NCBI GenBank assembly: GCA_035063585.1
Contig: JAPSGB010000003.1
Location: forward strand, 1-64,000
DNA from: Polyangiaceae bacterium
Lineage (GTDB): Bacteria > Myxococcota_A > Polyangia > Polyangiales > Polyangiaceae
Reading direction: 5' to 3'
Length of the DNA stretch: 64,000 bases
A program made the translations under genes and the position numbers. Below the pieces are notes generated by a model, which was given only the letters and a program-made list of their open reading frames with translations, had not been told where the DNA came from and made no database searches. Below are positions 1 through 12,735 of this stretch, one piece after another. Position 1 is the first letter of the stretch. Each line of letters starts with the position of its first letter.

Positions 1-1166
1 ACGCGCGCGGGCCAGGAGTGCTCCTCGGCGAGCGCGATGCGGCGAGCGCGGCCGGCCTCGGGGTCGGCGAGCGCTTGGTCCACGCGCGCCACGAACTCCG
101 CGGCGTCGCGGGCGACGAGCACGTCGTCGTAGAAGGCCTCGAGCGACGGGAGGTTCGAGAGCACGACCGGCTTCCCGGTGGCGAGGAACTCGAAGAACTT
201 GATGGGAAAGACGGCGCGTGTGTAGTCGTTGATGCGGTAGGGGATGACCGCGACGTCGAAGCCCTTGAGGTAGCCTGGGAGCGACCCGTAGTCGCGCACG
301 CCGAGGAGTCGAACGTTCGGGGCGCGCTGAAGCGCGCGGACGTCCGTGCTCGGATCGGCGAGCCCCACCGGTCCGATGAGCACGATGGTGAAATGGGGAC
401 GCGCGCGCGCGAGCTCGAGCACCCACCCGGTGTCGAGCTTGTAGTCGCTCACCGCGCCGACGAACCCGATGATGGGGCGCGGGAGCGCGGCGAGCTCGCC
501 AGGGACGCGCGTCTCGGCGGCGCGCGCGAGCGCGAAGTGCTCGGCGTCGCCCACGTTCTCGACGAGGTGCGTGCCGTGCGGGTTCAGCGCGCGCTTGCTC
601 GCGAAGAGCGGAGGCGCGGTGCAAAAGACGAGATCCGCGGCGCGGCAGAGCGCCGCCTCGCGGCGGCGGATCCAGTCCTTGCAGTCGCGGTAGTCGGGGA
701 AGGCAGCGTACTCGTCGACGCAGTCGTAGACGAGGAGCGAGTGGGGGAGGCGCGCCACGCGGTCGCCGAACCCTGGGTGATAGACCCAGAGGATGGCGTC
801 GCGGATGCCCTCGCGCTCGAGGTGACGCTCGAGGAGGAGGGTGTGGAGGTCGAAGCTGCCGAGCGTTCGGAGCGGGTGGCCGAAGGGGAAGAGGTAGATC
901 GCCTCGGGCGCGTAGAGCTGCACCACCTCGACGCCTCGCTCGACCTCGACTCGAGGTGTCAGGAAGAGGTCGAGCGGACGGAGCGCCGCGGCCGGAGACG
1001 CGGCCAGCTTGCGCCTTGCCATGGCGTGCGCCGAGAGCGGACGGAAGTCCACGTGGAGCACGCGGTGCTGCTCGGCGAGCCGGCTCATGATGTGCTGCTT
1101 GTTGGTCCAGAGCGGGTCGCCGAAGTTCTGAGACGACAGGCAGACGATGGTCCTTCGAGCGGTCAT
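1..1166 (-). CDS. GT4-type glycosyltransferase (TuaH-like), 3' end runs off the window
   Basis: Translated by hand from ATG at 1166: MTARRTIVCLSSQNFGDPLWTNKQHIMSRLA... ending ...EEHSWPARV at the window edge. Contains FPIKFFEFLATGKPVV (GT4 motif). Absent from the ORF track because it is truncated. Confidence 0.85.
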   Translation of the reverse strand, partial: MTARRTIVCLSSQNFGDPLWTNKQHIMSRLAEQHRVLHVDFRPLSAHAMARRKLAASPAAALRPLDLFLTPRVEVERGVEVVQLYAPEAIYLFPFGHPLRTLGSFDLHTLLLERHLEREGIRDAILWVYHPGFGDRVARLPHSLLVYDCVDEYAAFPDYRDCKDWIRRREAALCRAADLVFCTAPPLFASKRALNPHGTHLVENVGDAEHFALARAAETRVPGELAALPRPIIGFVGAVSDYKLDTGWVLELARARPHFTIVLIGPVGLADPSTDVRALQRAPNVRLLGVRDYGSLPGYLKGFDVAVIPYRINDYTRAVFPIKFFEFLATGKPVVLSNLPSLEAFYDDVLVARDAAEFVARVDQALADPEAGRARRIALAEEHSWPAR

Positions 1167-1235
1167 CGGGCGGGCGCGGAGCCTAGCACTCTAGCTTGCG
1201 CCCCGGAGGGGCCTGGGTATGCTCCGGGGCCCCCG

Positions 1236-1802
1236 ATGGCGGACTCGAACGATCTTCGCGTGTACATGCACCCCGTCGAGTTCTCGCAGGTGCTCGGCAT
1301 CGTGCACGCGGTCGGCGCGCGCCGCTGCCTCGAGTGGGGGAGCGGTGGGAGCACCCGCGCGCTGCTCGCCGCGTGCCCGTTCATCGAGCGCTACGTCGCC
1401 GTCGAGCATGATCGGGCGTGGTACGAGCAGGTGAAGGCGCGCGTCTCCGATCCGCGGCTCGAGCTCCACCTGGCCGAGCCGGACGAGCCGCTCCTTCCCG
1501 GACGCCGCGGCGAGGCCGAGCAGATCGCGTGGAACGCGCGCGCCGAGCGCGAGCCGGCGCTCTGCCGCGGCTACGTCGCGCTGCCCGGCACGCTCGGGAT
1601 GGAATTCGACTTCGCGCTGGTCGACGGCCGTGCGCGCCGCTTCTGCCTGCGCGCCGGGTTCGAGCTCTTGCGCCCCGGTGGCGTCCTGGTGCTGCACGAC
1701 GCGCAGCGAACCGACTACCACGACGCCGTGCATGCGCTCGGGCCCTCGCTCTTTCTCACGCCGTGGGAACAAGGGCAGGTCTGCCTCGTCCGCAAGGGGT
1801 GA
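1236..1802 (+). CDS. Class I SAM-dependent methyltransferase
   Basis: C-terminal part of ORF 18..1802 starting MADSNDL. Motifs LEWGSGGST, AVEHD, FDFALVDGRAR, LRPGGVLVLHD. Confidence 0.8.
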   Translation: MADSNDLRVYMHPVEFSQVLGIVHAVGARRCLEWGSGGSTRALLAACPFIERYVAVEHDRAWYEQVKARVSDPRLELHLAEPDEPLLPGRRGEAEQIAWNARAEREPALCRGYVALPGTLGMEFDFALVDGRARRFCLRAGFELLRPGGVLVLHDAQRTDYHDAVHALGPSLFLTPWEQGQVCLVRKG

Positions 1803-1805
1803 TGC

Positions 1806-3377
1806 GTGGGCGCCGAGCCGGACGCGTCCGACGGACTCGCGACGCGTGGCGAGGGGAGCCCGAGCGCCACGCCGGATCGCGCCAAGCAAGCAGGCGTGCT
1901 GGTGCTCGGCACGGCGCTGGCGACGCTCTCGTCGGTCATCGTGCCGCTCCTCGTGGTGCGCATCGTCGGCAAGGCGGACGTCGCCGCGCTGATGGCGCTC
2001 CTCTTGATTTACGAGACGGTGTCGCTGGTCGTCACCTCGGGCTTCCCGCAGACGCTGATGTACTATCTGCCCGCGCGTCCCACCCACGAGCGGCGCGCGG
2101 TGGCCGTCCAGATCTCCCGCACCATGCTCGCGCTCGGCGGGTTCGCGGCGCTCATCCTGGTTGGCGTCGGGCTCCTCGGTGACGCGCTGCCGGGGCTCTT
2201 CGCGCGCTCCGCGGGTGAGCCGCAGGTCGACCTCCGCCCGCTCGTCTGGCTCGCGCTCTTGCCGGTCGGCGATCTGCCCGCGCGGATCTTGCCGAACCTC
2301 CTCATCGCCGAGGGCCAGGCGCGGGCGGCCTCGAGCGTCGGGGTCATCAAGTCCATCTCGATGAGCCTCGCCACCCTGCTCCCGCTCGCGCTCGGCAAGA
2401 GCGTCACCTTCGTCGCCGCCTGCATCTCGCTGGTCGGGCTGGTCCAGGGTCTGCTCGTGCTCTATTTCCTGCGCGAACTCTACGCGCGGGTCTCACCGGT
2501 CGAGAGCCCGGTCACCGTGAAGCAGCTCTTCCGGTTCGCGATCCCGCTCGGCGCGACCGACATCGTCAGCATGTTGAACAACGGTCTCGACCGCTACCTC
2601 ATCCTGCTGGCCTTCTCGGCCACCGCCTTCGCGGAGTACCAGGCGGGCGCCTGGCAGGTCCCGGTGATCGTGTACGTGCCGTACGCCGTCGGGATCGCCT
2701 ACGCCCCGCACTTCGTGGAGCTCTTCAAGACGGGACGCGCGCGCGAGGCGCTCGAGATCTGGCAGGGCTCGATCGAGAAGGTGGCGCTCATCGTGCTGCC
2801 GACCGCGGCGATCCTCATCGTGGGCGCCGAGGAGCTGATGGAGCTGCTCTTCACCAAGGAATACCTGCGCGCGGCGCCCGTGTTTCGCATGTACGCAATC
2901 CTCACCCTCGGGCGCGTCGCCGCTTATGGCACGGTGATCGTCGCGGCCGGCAAGCCGAAGTACGTGCTCCAGGCGGCGGTGCTCTCGCTCGCGTCGAACC
3001 TGCTCATCAGCGTCCCGTTGGTCATGACCGTCGGCTACCTTGGGCCAGCGCTCGGCACCGTGCTCGCCTTCATCCCGACGCTCGCATTTTACTGCTGGTG
3101 CATCGGGCGGGCCGCCGGGGTGCCCGCCACCCAGGTGTTCCCGGCGCGCCGCTACCTGCGCGTGCTCGCGATCGCCGTGGCGGCCGGCGCGGTAGCGTAC
3201 GGGTTCAAGCTCGAGGTCCACGGCGGCGCGGCGCTCATGCTGCTCGCGGAGGTGGGGCTCGTCCTCTCGGTGTTCGGTGCGCTCGGCACCGCGGCCAGAG
3301 TCATCACTCGGGAGGACTGGGCCTTCGTCTGGTCGTGGCTCAGGCTCAAGGTGCTGCGCGAGAAGGCCGCCGGATGA
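1806..3377 (+). CDS. Oligosaccharide flippase (Wzx/MurJ-superfamily polysaccharide exporter)
   Basis: 523 aa, many hydrophobic segments, FAIPLG...LDRY pattern, located in a polysaccharide cluster. Confidence 0.8.
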   Translation: MGAEPDASDGLATRGEGSPSATPDRAKQAGVLVLGTALATLSSVIVPLLVVRIVGKADVAALMALLLIYETVSLVVTSGFPQTLMYYLPARPTHERRAVAVQISRTMLALGGFAALILVGVGLLGDALPGLFARSAGEPQVDLRPLVWLALLPVGDLPARILPNLLIAEGQARAASSVGVIKSISMSLATLLPLALGKSVTFVAACISLVGLVQGLLVLYFLRELYARVSPVESPVTVKQLFRFAIPLGATDIVSMLNNGLDRYLILLAFSATAFAEYQAGAWQVPVIVYVPYAVGIAYAPHFVELFKTGRAREALEIWQGSIEKVALIVLPTAAILIVGAEELMELLFTKEYLRAAPVFRMYAILTLGRVAAYGTVIVAAGKPKYVLQAAVLSLASNLLISVPLVMTVGYLGPALGTVLAFIPTLAFYCWCIGRAAGVPATQVFPARRYLRVLAIAVAAGAVAYGFKLEVHGGAALMLLAEVGLVLSVFGALGTAARVITREDWAFVWSWLRLKVLREKAAG

Positions 3378-4065
3378 ACGAGAACTCGTGGGCCGACGGC
3401 GAGACGTGAAATACGCGGTAGCCGGCGCGCTCGAGCTTGTCGATGGCCGACTCGGTGCGCTCGAGGGCGATTTCCGGCATGTGGTGGTGAAATTCGACGA
3501 GGAGCTGCGCGGGGCGCGGCCCGTTGGCGAGCAGATCGTCGATGACGTCATACTCGGCGCCCTCGACATCCATCTTCAGCACGTCGACGCGAGCGTGGCC
3601 GAGCTCGGCCGCGACGCTCGCGAGGCGTCGCACCGGCACCTCCACCGCCGGTCGCTCGGCGCCCGCGCGTTCGACCAGCGTATGCGAGACGAAGCTCGGA
3701 TCATCCGGCGGGGTGAAGCGCGCGACGCCGTCGTAAGCGGCGAGCCCGTACTCGTGGAGCGTGAACTCAGGCGGGAGCTCCTGCGAGCGCACCCAGGCGA
3801 TCGAGCGAGGCGTGGGGTCGAACCCGTGAACGCTGGCGCCGAAGCGCGCGATGAGCTCGAGGTCGAAGGAGAGATCCTCGCCGATGCCGAACGAGTATAC
3901 GACGCTCGCGGCGCCGAGGCCCTCGGGGCACACCGCGTAGCCGCCGTAGTCGCTTCCGAGGCGAACCCGAGGGACGTCGAGCAGCGGGCGTTCGCGCGGC
4001 TCCCCGCGGAAGCGACGACGGAGCGCGCGGGCGGCTCGAGTGACGGGGAGCAGGGGGTTTCTCAT
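3346..4065 (-). CDS. FkbM-family methyltransferase
   Basis: LGSDYGGY, VYSFGIGEDLSFD, FDPTP, VDVLKMDVEGAEY, QLLVEFHH. Start placed at MRNPLL. Confidence 0.85.
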   Translation of the reverse strand: MRNPLLPVTRAARALRRRFRGEPRERPLLDVPRVRLGSDYGGYAVCPEGLGAASVVYSFGIGEDLSFDLELIARFGASVHGFDPTPRSIAWVRSQELPPEFTLHEYGLAAYDGVARFTPPDDPSFVSHTLVERAGAERPAVEVPVRRLASVAAELGHARVDVLKMDVEGAEYDVIDDLLANGPRPAQLLVEFHHHMPEIALERTESAIDKLERAGYRVFHVSPSAHEFSFIRRPSRAAP

Positions 4066-4153
4066 CGGGCAGCGCCCGCGCAGGCTAGCGCAAAGCGGCA
4101 GCGGTCGCGAGCGACCGCTTGACGCCGCACGCGCCAGCGCATCTCTTGAGGCC

Positions 4154-5068
4154 ATGGAGCGGATCCCCCGCGCCGTGGTGGCCTACACCGAGAACGATCC
4201 GCGCGCGGTGAGAGGCGGCGTCGAGACGCACGCCAAGAACCTCGGGCTCGTGTTCGAGGAGGTGCTGTTCATGACGCCGGCGACTCGCGACGAGGCGCTG
4301 GTCGTCGCGCGGCGCCTGCCCGTCATCTGCGACAACCAGAGGGTGCTCGACTGGCCCGAACGCGTCCCGGTGATCGGGATCCAGCACGGCATGGCGTCAC
4401 GGAAGCTCCTCTCCACCCGCTCGTTCGGCGACGCCAAGATGGCGCTCGCGCAAGCGCGCGCCGCGCGCCGGAGAAATACGCTCTGGATCGCGGCCGCGAA
4501 CTGGGTGAGGGACGCCTTCACGCGTCACTACCGCGTGCGCGCACGGCATGTCGTCTACCACGGGATCGACCTCGAGCGCTTCGACGGCGAGCTCGCGAAC
4601 GCCGGCTCGCGCGTGCTCCTCCACGACGCGCGGTCACCGCACAAGGGGAGCCACCTCTACCCGGTGCTCGCCCGCGCGCTCCCCGACTGGCGCTTCGAGC
4701 TGCTCGGCGCCGGTGGAGAGCCGATCCCCGAGCACATGCGCCGCGCGCGGGCGTTCCTGCACCTCAGCCGCTATGAGGGAAACAGCCTGGTCGTGTGCGA
4801 GGCGATGGCCATGAACCTGCCGTGCCTGTTCACCGAGGTCGGGCTGATGCTCGATGGCACCGAGAGGTTCGACGTGACGGTGGTGCCTCGCCGCGCGGTG
4901 TTCGGGCCCGAGCGGCGCCTGATCCGCACCGTCTCCGAGTTCGTCGCCGGGCTCGACCGCCGCGACTACCGCCCGCGCGCGTGGGTCGAGGAGCACGCGA
5001 GCTTCGACGCGAACCGCGCCGCGTGGCGGCGGGTGCTCGACGATTTCGACGCTACCGCTCGCTGGTGA
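4154..5068 (+). CDS. Glycosyltransferase (GT4-like)
   Basis: GGVETH, VYHGID, SRYEGNSLVVCEAMAMNLP (EX7E motif). Confidence 0.8.
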   Translation: MERIPRAVVAYTENDPRAVRGGVETHAKNLGLVFEEVLFMTPATRDEALVVARRLPVICDNQRVLDWPERVPVIGIQHGMASRKLLSTRSFGDAKMALAQARAARRRNTLWIAAANWVRDAFTRHYRVRARHVVYHGIDLERFDGELANAGSRVLLHDARSPHKGSHLYPVLARALPDWRFELLGAGGEPIPEHMRRARAFLHLSRYEGNSLVVCEAMAMNLPCLFTEVGLMLDGTERFDVTVVPRRAVFGPERRLIRTVSEFVAGLDRRDYRPRAWVEEHASFDANRAAWRRVLDDFDATARW

Positions 5069-5981
5069 GGGCGTCGAGCGAGCGGCGGATGCCCTCCGCG
5101 AGCGTGATCTGTGGCGCGAGCCCGGTCGCGGCGCGAAGCCGCGCCGGATCCCCGACCAGCCAGGGGACCTCGTAGTCTCGCAGCGGGACCGCGCCGAACG
5201 CGAGCAGCGCCTCGGGCTTCCCCATGAGCCGCGCCACCTCGCGCGCCACCGCGCCGATCGCGACCGGGACACCGCTGCACAGGTTGTAGGCGAGGTAAGG
5301 CTCGAGCGCGTCCGAGCGCGCCGCCGCGAGGCAGGCCTCGACCACGTCGTCGACGAAGGTGAGATCGCGGACTTGCTCCCCGCTGGTGAGCTCGACGCGC
5401 TCGTCCCTCGCGAGGCGCGCGACGAGCGCGGGGATGAGCCGATGCGGCGCCTCGCCGGGCCCGAAGGTGCCGAACGGGCGCAGCGTGACCATCGGCACTT
5501 CGAGCCGCCGCGCGTGCGCCGTGCCGAACAAGAAGGCGGCCGCCTTCGCCGCGCCGTAGCTCGACGCGCTCGAGAGCGGGTGCTGCTCGGTGAGCGGTCG
5601 CTCATCGAGCGGAGGGGCGTACTCCGCGCAGCTCCCGAGGTGGAGCACCCTGCGCGCGCGCGCGCGCGCGGCCCGCTCGAGCACCCGCGTGAGGAGCGTC
5701 ACGTTGCCTTCGATGAGCGCCCGCGGGTCTCGCTCTGACGGGCTCACCCCGTAGGAGGCGAGGTTGAACACCACCGCGCCCTCCGGCAGCTCGAGCTCGT
5801 CGAGCCGCTCGACGTCGAGGAGCGTGACGCCCGGAAGCCCGTCGAGGCGCGCGCGCCGCGGGCTCGCGCGACGCACGAGGCAGAGCACCGGCGCGCCCTC
5901 CGCGGAGAGCCGCCGGACCAGCGCGGAGCCGATGAAGCCGGTGCCGCCGGTGACGACGACCGGTGGCGGGGGCGCGCTCAT
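5052..5981 (-). CDS. NAD-dependent epimerase/reductase (CDP-sugar 4-reductase-like)
   Basis: TGGTGFIG Rossmann motif, YGAAK, RDLTFVDD. Coupled to rfbG by an ATGA overlap. Confidence 0.85.
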   Translation of the reverse strand: MSAPPPPVVVTGGTGFIGSALVRRLSAEGAPVLCLVRRASPRRARLDGLPGVTLLDVERLDELELPEGAVVFNLASYGVSPSERDPRALIEGNVTLLTRVLERAARARARRVLHLGSCAEYAPPLDERPLTEQHPLSSASSYGAAKAAAFLFGTAHARRLEVPMVTLRPFGTFGPGEAPHRLIPALVARLARDERVELTSGEQVRDLTFVDDVVEACLAAARSDALEPYLAYNLCSGVPVAIGAVAREVARLMGKPEALLAFGAVPLRDYEVPWLVGDPARLRAATGLAPQITLAEGIRRSLDALTSER

Positions 5982-7054
5982 GGGCGTCGGCTCGCGTAGT
6001 CGTCGATTTGTTGGTCCATGAGCGTGCGCTCATGGCCGGGCGCTCGGAGGTGCTCGCGATACCAGGCCGCGGTGAGCTCGACCGCCGCGTCGAGCCCGAG
6101 GCGCGGCCGCCAGCCGAGCTCGGCGCGCGCGCGGCTCGAGTCGAGCGTGAGCCGCCCGGCCTCGTGCGGCGCGCTCGGATCGGGTGGCGCGAGTGAGAGC
6201 TCGCCCTGCCCGAGCGCCGCGACGAAGCGCTCGGCCACCGCGCCGACCGCCCGGGTGTCCTCGGAGGTGGGGCCGAAATTGTACGCCTTGCCGAAGCGGT
6301 CGCGATGCGCGAAGAGCTGCTCGGCGAGGAGGAGATAGCCGGAGAGCGGCTCGAGCACGTGCTGCCACGGGCGCGTCGCCGCCGGGTTTCGGATGGTGAT
6401 CGGGCGCTGCTCCGTCGCCCCGCGCACGAGATCGGGGAAGAGCCGATCCTCCGACCAGTCCCCGCCGCCGATGACGTTGCCGGCGCGCGCGCTGGCGAGC
6501 CCCGCCGCACCCGGCTCGTGAAAGAACGAGCGACGATAGGCCGCGGTCACGAGCTCCGCGGCGCCCTTGCTCGAGCTGTAGGGATCGGCGCCGCCCATCG
6601 CCTCGTCTTCGCGATAACCCCACTCCCACTCGCGGTTCTCGTAGCACTTGTCGCTGGTCACGATCACGATGGCGCGCACCGAGCTCGCGTGACGACACGC
6701 CTCGAGGAGGTGCGCGGTGCCCATCACGTTGGTCGCGTAGGTCTCGACGGGCTCGCGATACGAGCGCCTCACCAGCGCTTGCGCCGCCAGATGAAACACG
6801 AGCTCCGGCGCGGCCTCGGACACGACCTCCTCGACCGCGCGCCGGTCGCGGACGTCTCCCGTCACCGAGGTCATCGTCTCCGCGAGGCGCGCGAGCGAAA
6901 ATAGGCTCGGCGTGGTCTCGGGCGCGAGCGCGAAGCCGGTCACGCGCGCGCCGAGCCGCTGGAGCCAGCGCGCGAGCCAGGCGCCCTTGAACCCGGTATG
7001 CCCGGTGACCAGCACGGACTTTCCGGCGTAGAACCCAGCGCTCGCCTGGTTCAC
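5978..7054 (-). CDS. rfbG: CDP-glucose 4,6-dehydratase
   Basis: VTGHTGFKGAWL, HLAAQALVRRSY, TSDKCYEN, DPYSSSK, RAGNVIGGGDW, RPWQHVLEPL. GTG start overlaps the rfbF stop. Confidence 0.95.
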   Translation of the reverse strand: MNQASAGFYAGKSVLVTGHTGFKGAWLARWLQRLGARVTGFALAPETTPSLFSLARLAETMTSVTGDVRDRRAVEEVVSEAAPELVFHLAAQALVRRSYREPVETYATNVMGTAHLLEACRHASSVRAIVIVTSDKCYENREWEWGYREDEAMGGADPYSSSKGAAELVTAAYRRSFFHEPGAAGLASARAGNVIGGGDWSEDRLFPDLVRGATEQRPITIRNPAATRPWQHVLEPLSGYLLLAEQLFAHRDRFGKAYNFGPTSEDTRAVGAVAERFVAALGQGELSLAPPDPSAPHEAGRLTLDSSRARAELGWRPRLGLDAAVELTAAWYREHLRAPGHERTLMDQQIDDYASRRP

Positions 7055-7821
7055 GCCCACACTCTCCAGGGCGCCTCGCCGCTCTCCCAGAGCGCGTCGA
7101 GCACGCGCTTCTCGCGGAGCGTGTCCATCGGCTGCCAGAAGCCCGGGTGGAGGTAGGCCTCGAGCTCTCCAGCCTCGGCGAGCCGCTCGAGCGGGTCGCG
7201 CTCGAGCACGGTGTCGTCGGCGGTCATGTAGTCGAGCACTCGCCGCTCGAAGACGAAGAACCCGCCGTTGATCCAGCCCTCGCCCGCCTGGGGCTTCTCG
7301 CTGAACTTGGTCACCCGGGTGCCGTCGAGCTGGAGCCCGCCGAAGCGAGCCGGGGGCCGCACGCCGGTCACCGTGGCGAGCTTCCCGTGTCGCTCGTGAA
7401 AGGCGAGCACCGCGCGCAGATCCACGTCCGCGAGCCCGTCTCCGTAGGTCACCATGAAGCGCTCGCCGGTGAGCCAGCTCGACAGGCGGCGCAACCTCCC
7501 GCCCGTCTGCGTGTGGAGCCCCGTGTCCACCACGGCGATGCGCCAGTCGGGCGTCGCGGTGCGCCGCATCTCCTCGGTGCCGTCGGCGAGGTTCACGACG
7601 TAGTCGGAGTTGAGGACGTAGTAGTTGTGAAAATACTCCTTGATGATCTCGGCCTTGTAGCCGCACGCCACCACGAAATCCTTGAAGCCGTGGTGCGCGT
7701 AGATTTGCATGATGTGCCAGAGGATCGGGTGCGAACCGACCTCGATCATGGGCTTGGGCCGGAGATCGGTGCGCTCCGACAATCGGCTCCCGAGCCCCCC
7801 GGCGAGGATCACGACCTGCAT
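7051..7821 (-). CDS. rfbF: Glucose-1-phosphate cytidylyltransferase
   Basis: ILAGGLGSRL..PKPM, TGGRL, TYGDG, INGGFF, FWQPMDTLREK. Confidence 0.95.
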   Translation of the reverse strand: MQVVILAGGLGSRLSERTDLRPKPMIEVGSHPILWHIMQIYAHHGFKDFVVACGYKAEIIKEYFHNYYVLNSDYVVNLADGTEEMRRTATPDWRIAVVDTGLHTQTGGRLRRLSSWLTGERFMVTYGDGLADVDLRAVLAFHERHGKLATVTGVRPPARFGGLQLDGTRVTKFSEKPQAGEGWINGGFFVFERRVLDYMTADDTVLERDPLERLAEAGELEAYLHPGFWQPMDTLREKRVLDALWESGEAPWRVWA

Positions 7822-7853
7822 CGCGAGCTACCGTAGCATAGCGGCGGAGCCGC

Positions 7854-7927
7854 CCCGACGCGTGGCTCGCGCCGGACCGACACCCCACTCGGGCTCCGGT
7901 GGTCGGAGCGGCGCGGCCGGCGTCGGG
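7854..7927. repeat. Long imperfect inverted repeat (hairpin) downstream of secA
   Basis: CCCGACGC(7854)/GCGTCGGG(7920), GGC-CGCGCCG/CGGCGCGGCC and CCGAC-ACC/GGT-GTCGG pair in nested order. Confidence 0.6.
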
Positions 7928-7962
7928 TGCGCCGCCCGAGGTTCGAGCGGAGCGATGGGCGC

Positions 7963-11076
<3,114 letters not shown>

Positions 11077-11335
11077 GCTGGCCTGACGTCTTCCTCGAGG
11101 GCGCGCACGGAGCCCGGCGCGCGAAGTCCGGGGAAGCTAATCCCTCGGGGCCCGTGGTGCCAGGGGCAAGCGCGGGCCGGCGAGCCCGGACGCGCCGGCC
11201 GCTGCCGGGGTCGAATCATCCGGAAAGTGCCGGAGGACTTCGGCGAGCATGGGTCGCCGCGGCCCTCGGGTGAGCCAGGCGTATCGAGCCAGCGCCGCCG
11301 GGGGAGAGCCGCCGTGAAGGTGGTAGCATCGGCGC

Positions 11336-11704
11336 ATGTCCGCTGATCGAACCCGGGACCGCGACACCGCTCGCGCGCGCTCGCGCGGGCGGCCGGAGCG
11401 CGGCGCGGGCGCCCTCCTCGTGGTGGCGGCGGCGCTCCTCGCGTGCGGAGGAGGTCCGCCCTCGAAGGTGACGGGGGCGCCGCGCGTGCCGCCGGACGAG
11501 TCGTACCAGGTGGGCGGGATCGGGCATTACGAAGGGTTCATCTGGAACTGCACGGGTGGCGAGCGCGTCCACGTCTCGCGTACCTGCGGCGAGTTCCTGG
11601 GGTGCAATTCGTGGACCCTCGAGCGCGGGCCCTGCGGCAGGCCGCTGCCCGGTGAGCCTCCCGCGAAGACGCGTGAGCCGATGACGTTTGCGAGGTGGGA
11701 GTGA
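11336..11704 (+). CDS. Small Cys-containing hypothetical lipoprotein
   Basis: Hydrophobic stretch ending LLAC, four further Cys, TAGCAT 6 nt upstream of ATG. Confidence 0.6.
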   Translation: MSADRTRDRDTARARSRGRPERGAGALLVVAAALLACGGGPPSKVTGAPRVPPDESYQVGGIGHYEGFIWNCTGGERVHVSRTCGEFLGCNSWTLERGPCGRPLPGEPPAKTREPMTFARWE

Positions 11705-11729
11705 GCGGCTCCCGCGAACCGCCGCTAGC

Positions 11730-12536
11730 TCAGCGGCCGAGGTGAAACTCGGTTCCACTAGGAAACGTGAGCCCGAAGTGCTCACTGAGCGCGGCGAGGC
11801 GGTCCTCGCCGCTGCCCACGCGGCGTCTCTCGACGGCGCCCTGGGCGCTACGAAAGAGGAGCTCCTCGTCGTGGAGGATGAAGCGCCCCTCGCGGGTCGC
11901 CCGGACGGCGATGAGCTCACGGACGAACTTCGAGCTCGGGTGCGTCGAGGTCCAGTAGTTCGCGAGCTCGTAGTCGATGGGCAAGTATCGCTCCCGGCCG
12001 AAGGTGTAGAGATCCGTGAACCTGCCCTCGCCGAGGACCTGTAGGGTGAGGGTGTCGTCTTCGGCGGCGATGAGCCGATAGGTGTCGAGGTCTTGGGGCT
12101 GCTCGTCGCCGGCGGCGAGGCGGAGCGCGGCGGTCGGGCCGCGCCCGCCGAAGCCCGCGTCCACGAGCCGCGGCCCCTCGGTGAGCTCGACCTCGAGCAC
12201 CATGTGGGTGCGAGCCCGGAGCTCGCCCGAGCTCGCGTGAACCCGCGCGCCGAGCGTCCGGACCCGGTAGCCGAGCGCGCGGAGCACCGCCGCGAGGAGC
12301 GCGTTGTTCTCGAAGCAGTAGCCACCACGGCGCCCCGCCACGAGCTTGTTCGCGATGCTGTCGAGGTCCAGGCGGATGGGTCGTCCGAGCAGGATGTCGA
12401 GGTTCTCGAACGGGATGGCGCGGACGTGCGCGAGGATGAGCGCGTCGAGCGCCTCGCGATCTGCGCGCGCCGGGAGCGAGAGCCCGATGCGCTGGGAATA
12501 TGCGCGGAGCAGAGCCGAGTCGGCGACCAGGGTCAT
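11730..12536 (-). CDS. Arylamine N-acetyltransferase
   Basis: IPFENLD, RRGGYCFE (catalytic Cys), THMVL (His), DAGFG (Asp). Confidence 0.93.
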   Translation of the reverse strand: MTLVADSALLRAYSQRIGLSLPARADREALDALILAHVRAIPFENLDILLGRPIRLDLDSIANKLVAGRRGGYCFENNALLAAVLRALGYRVRTLGARVHASSGELRARTHMVLEVELTEGPRLVDAGFGGRGPTAALRLAAGDEQPQDLDTYRLIAAEDDTLTLQVLGEGRFTDLYTFGRERYLPIDYELANYWTSTHPSSKFVRELIAVRATREGRFILHDEELLFRSAQGAVERRRVGSGEDRLAALSEHFGLTFPSGTEFHLGR

Positions 12537-12735
12537 GCGAGCTCGTGTCGGGGCGAGGCATCATGGGGCCGAACGCCCGCTCCCGCCACGCGAGCGCCGT
12601 CGAGCCGGGAGCCTCCGACGCGGCCCGACGGGCGCTCCGCGCGGCCGCGCGCCGGACCAACAACAGCTATCCGCCCGATAGGACACAGATTTGTCTCGGT
12701 CGACCGCGCCCCGGCCGTCGAGTAGGCTCGGGAGC

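Noticed and set aside
18..1235. N-terminal 400 aa of ORF 18..1802
   Set aside because: Antisense shadow of the minus-strand glycosyltransferase; only the part from ATG 1236 has recognisable motifs.
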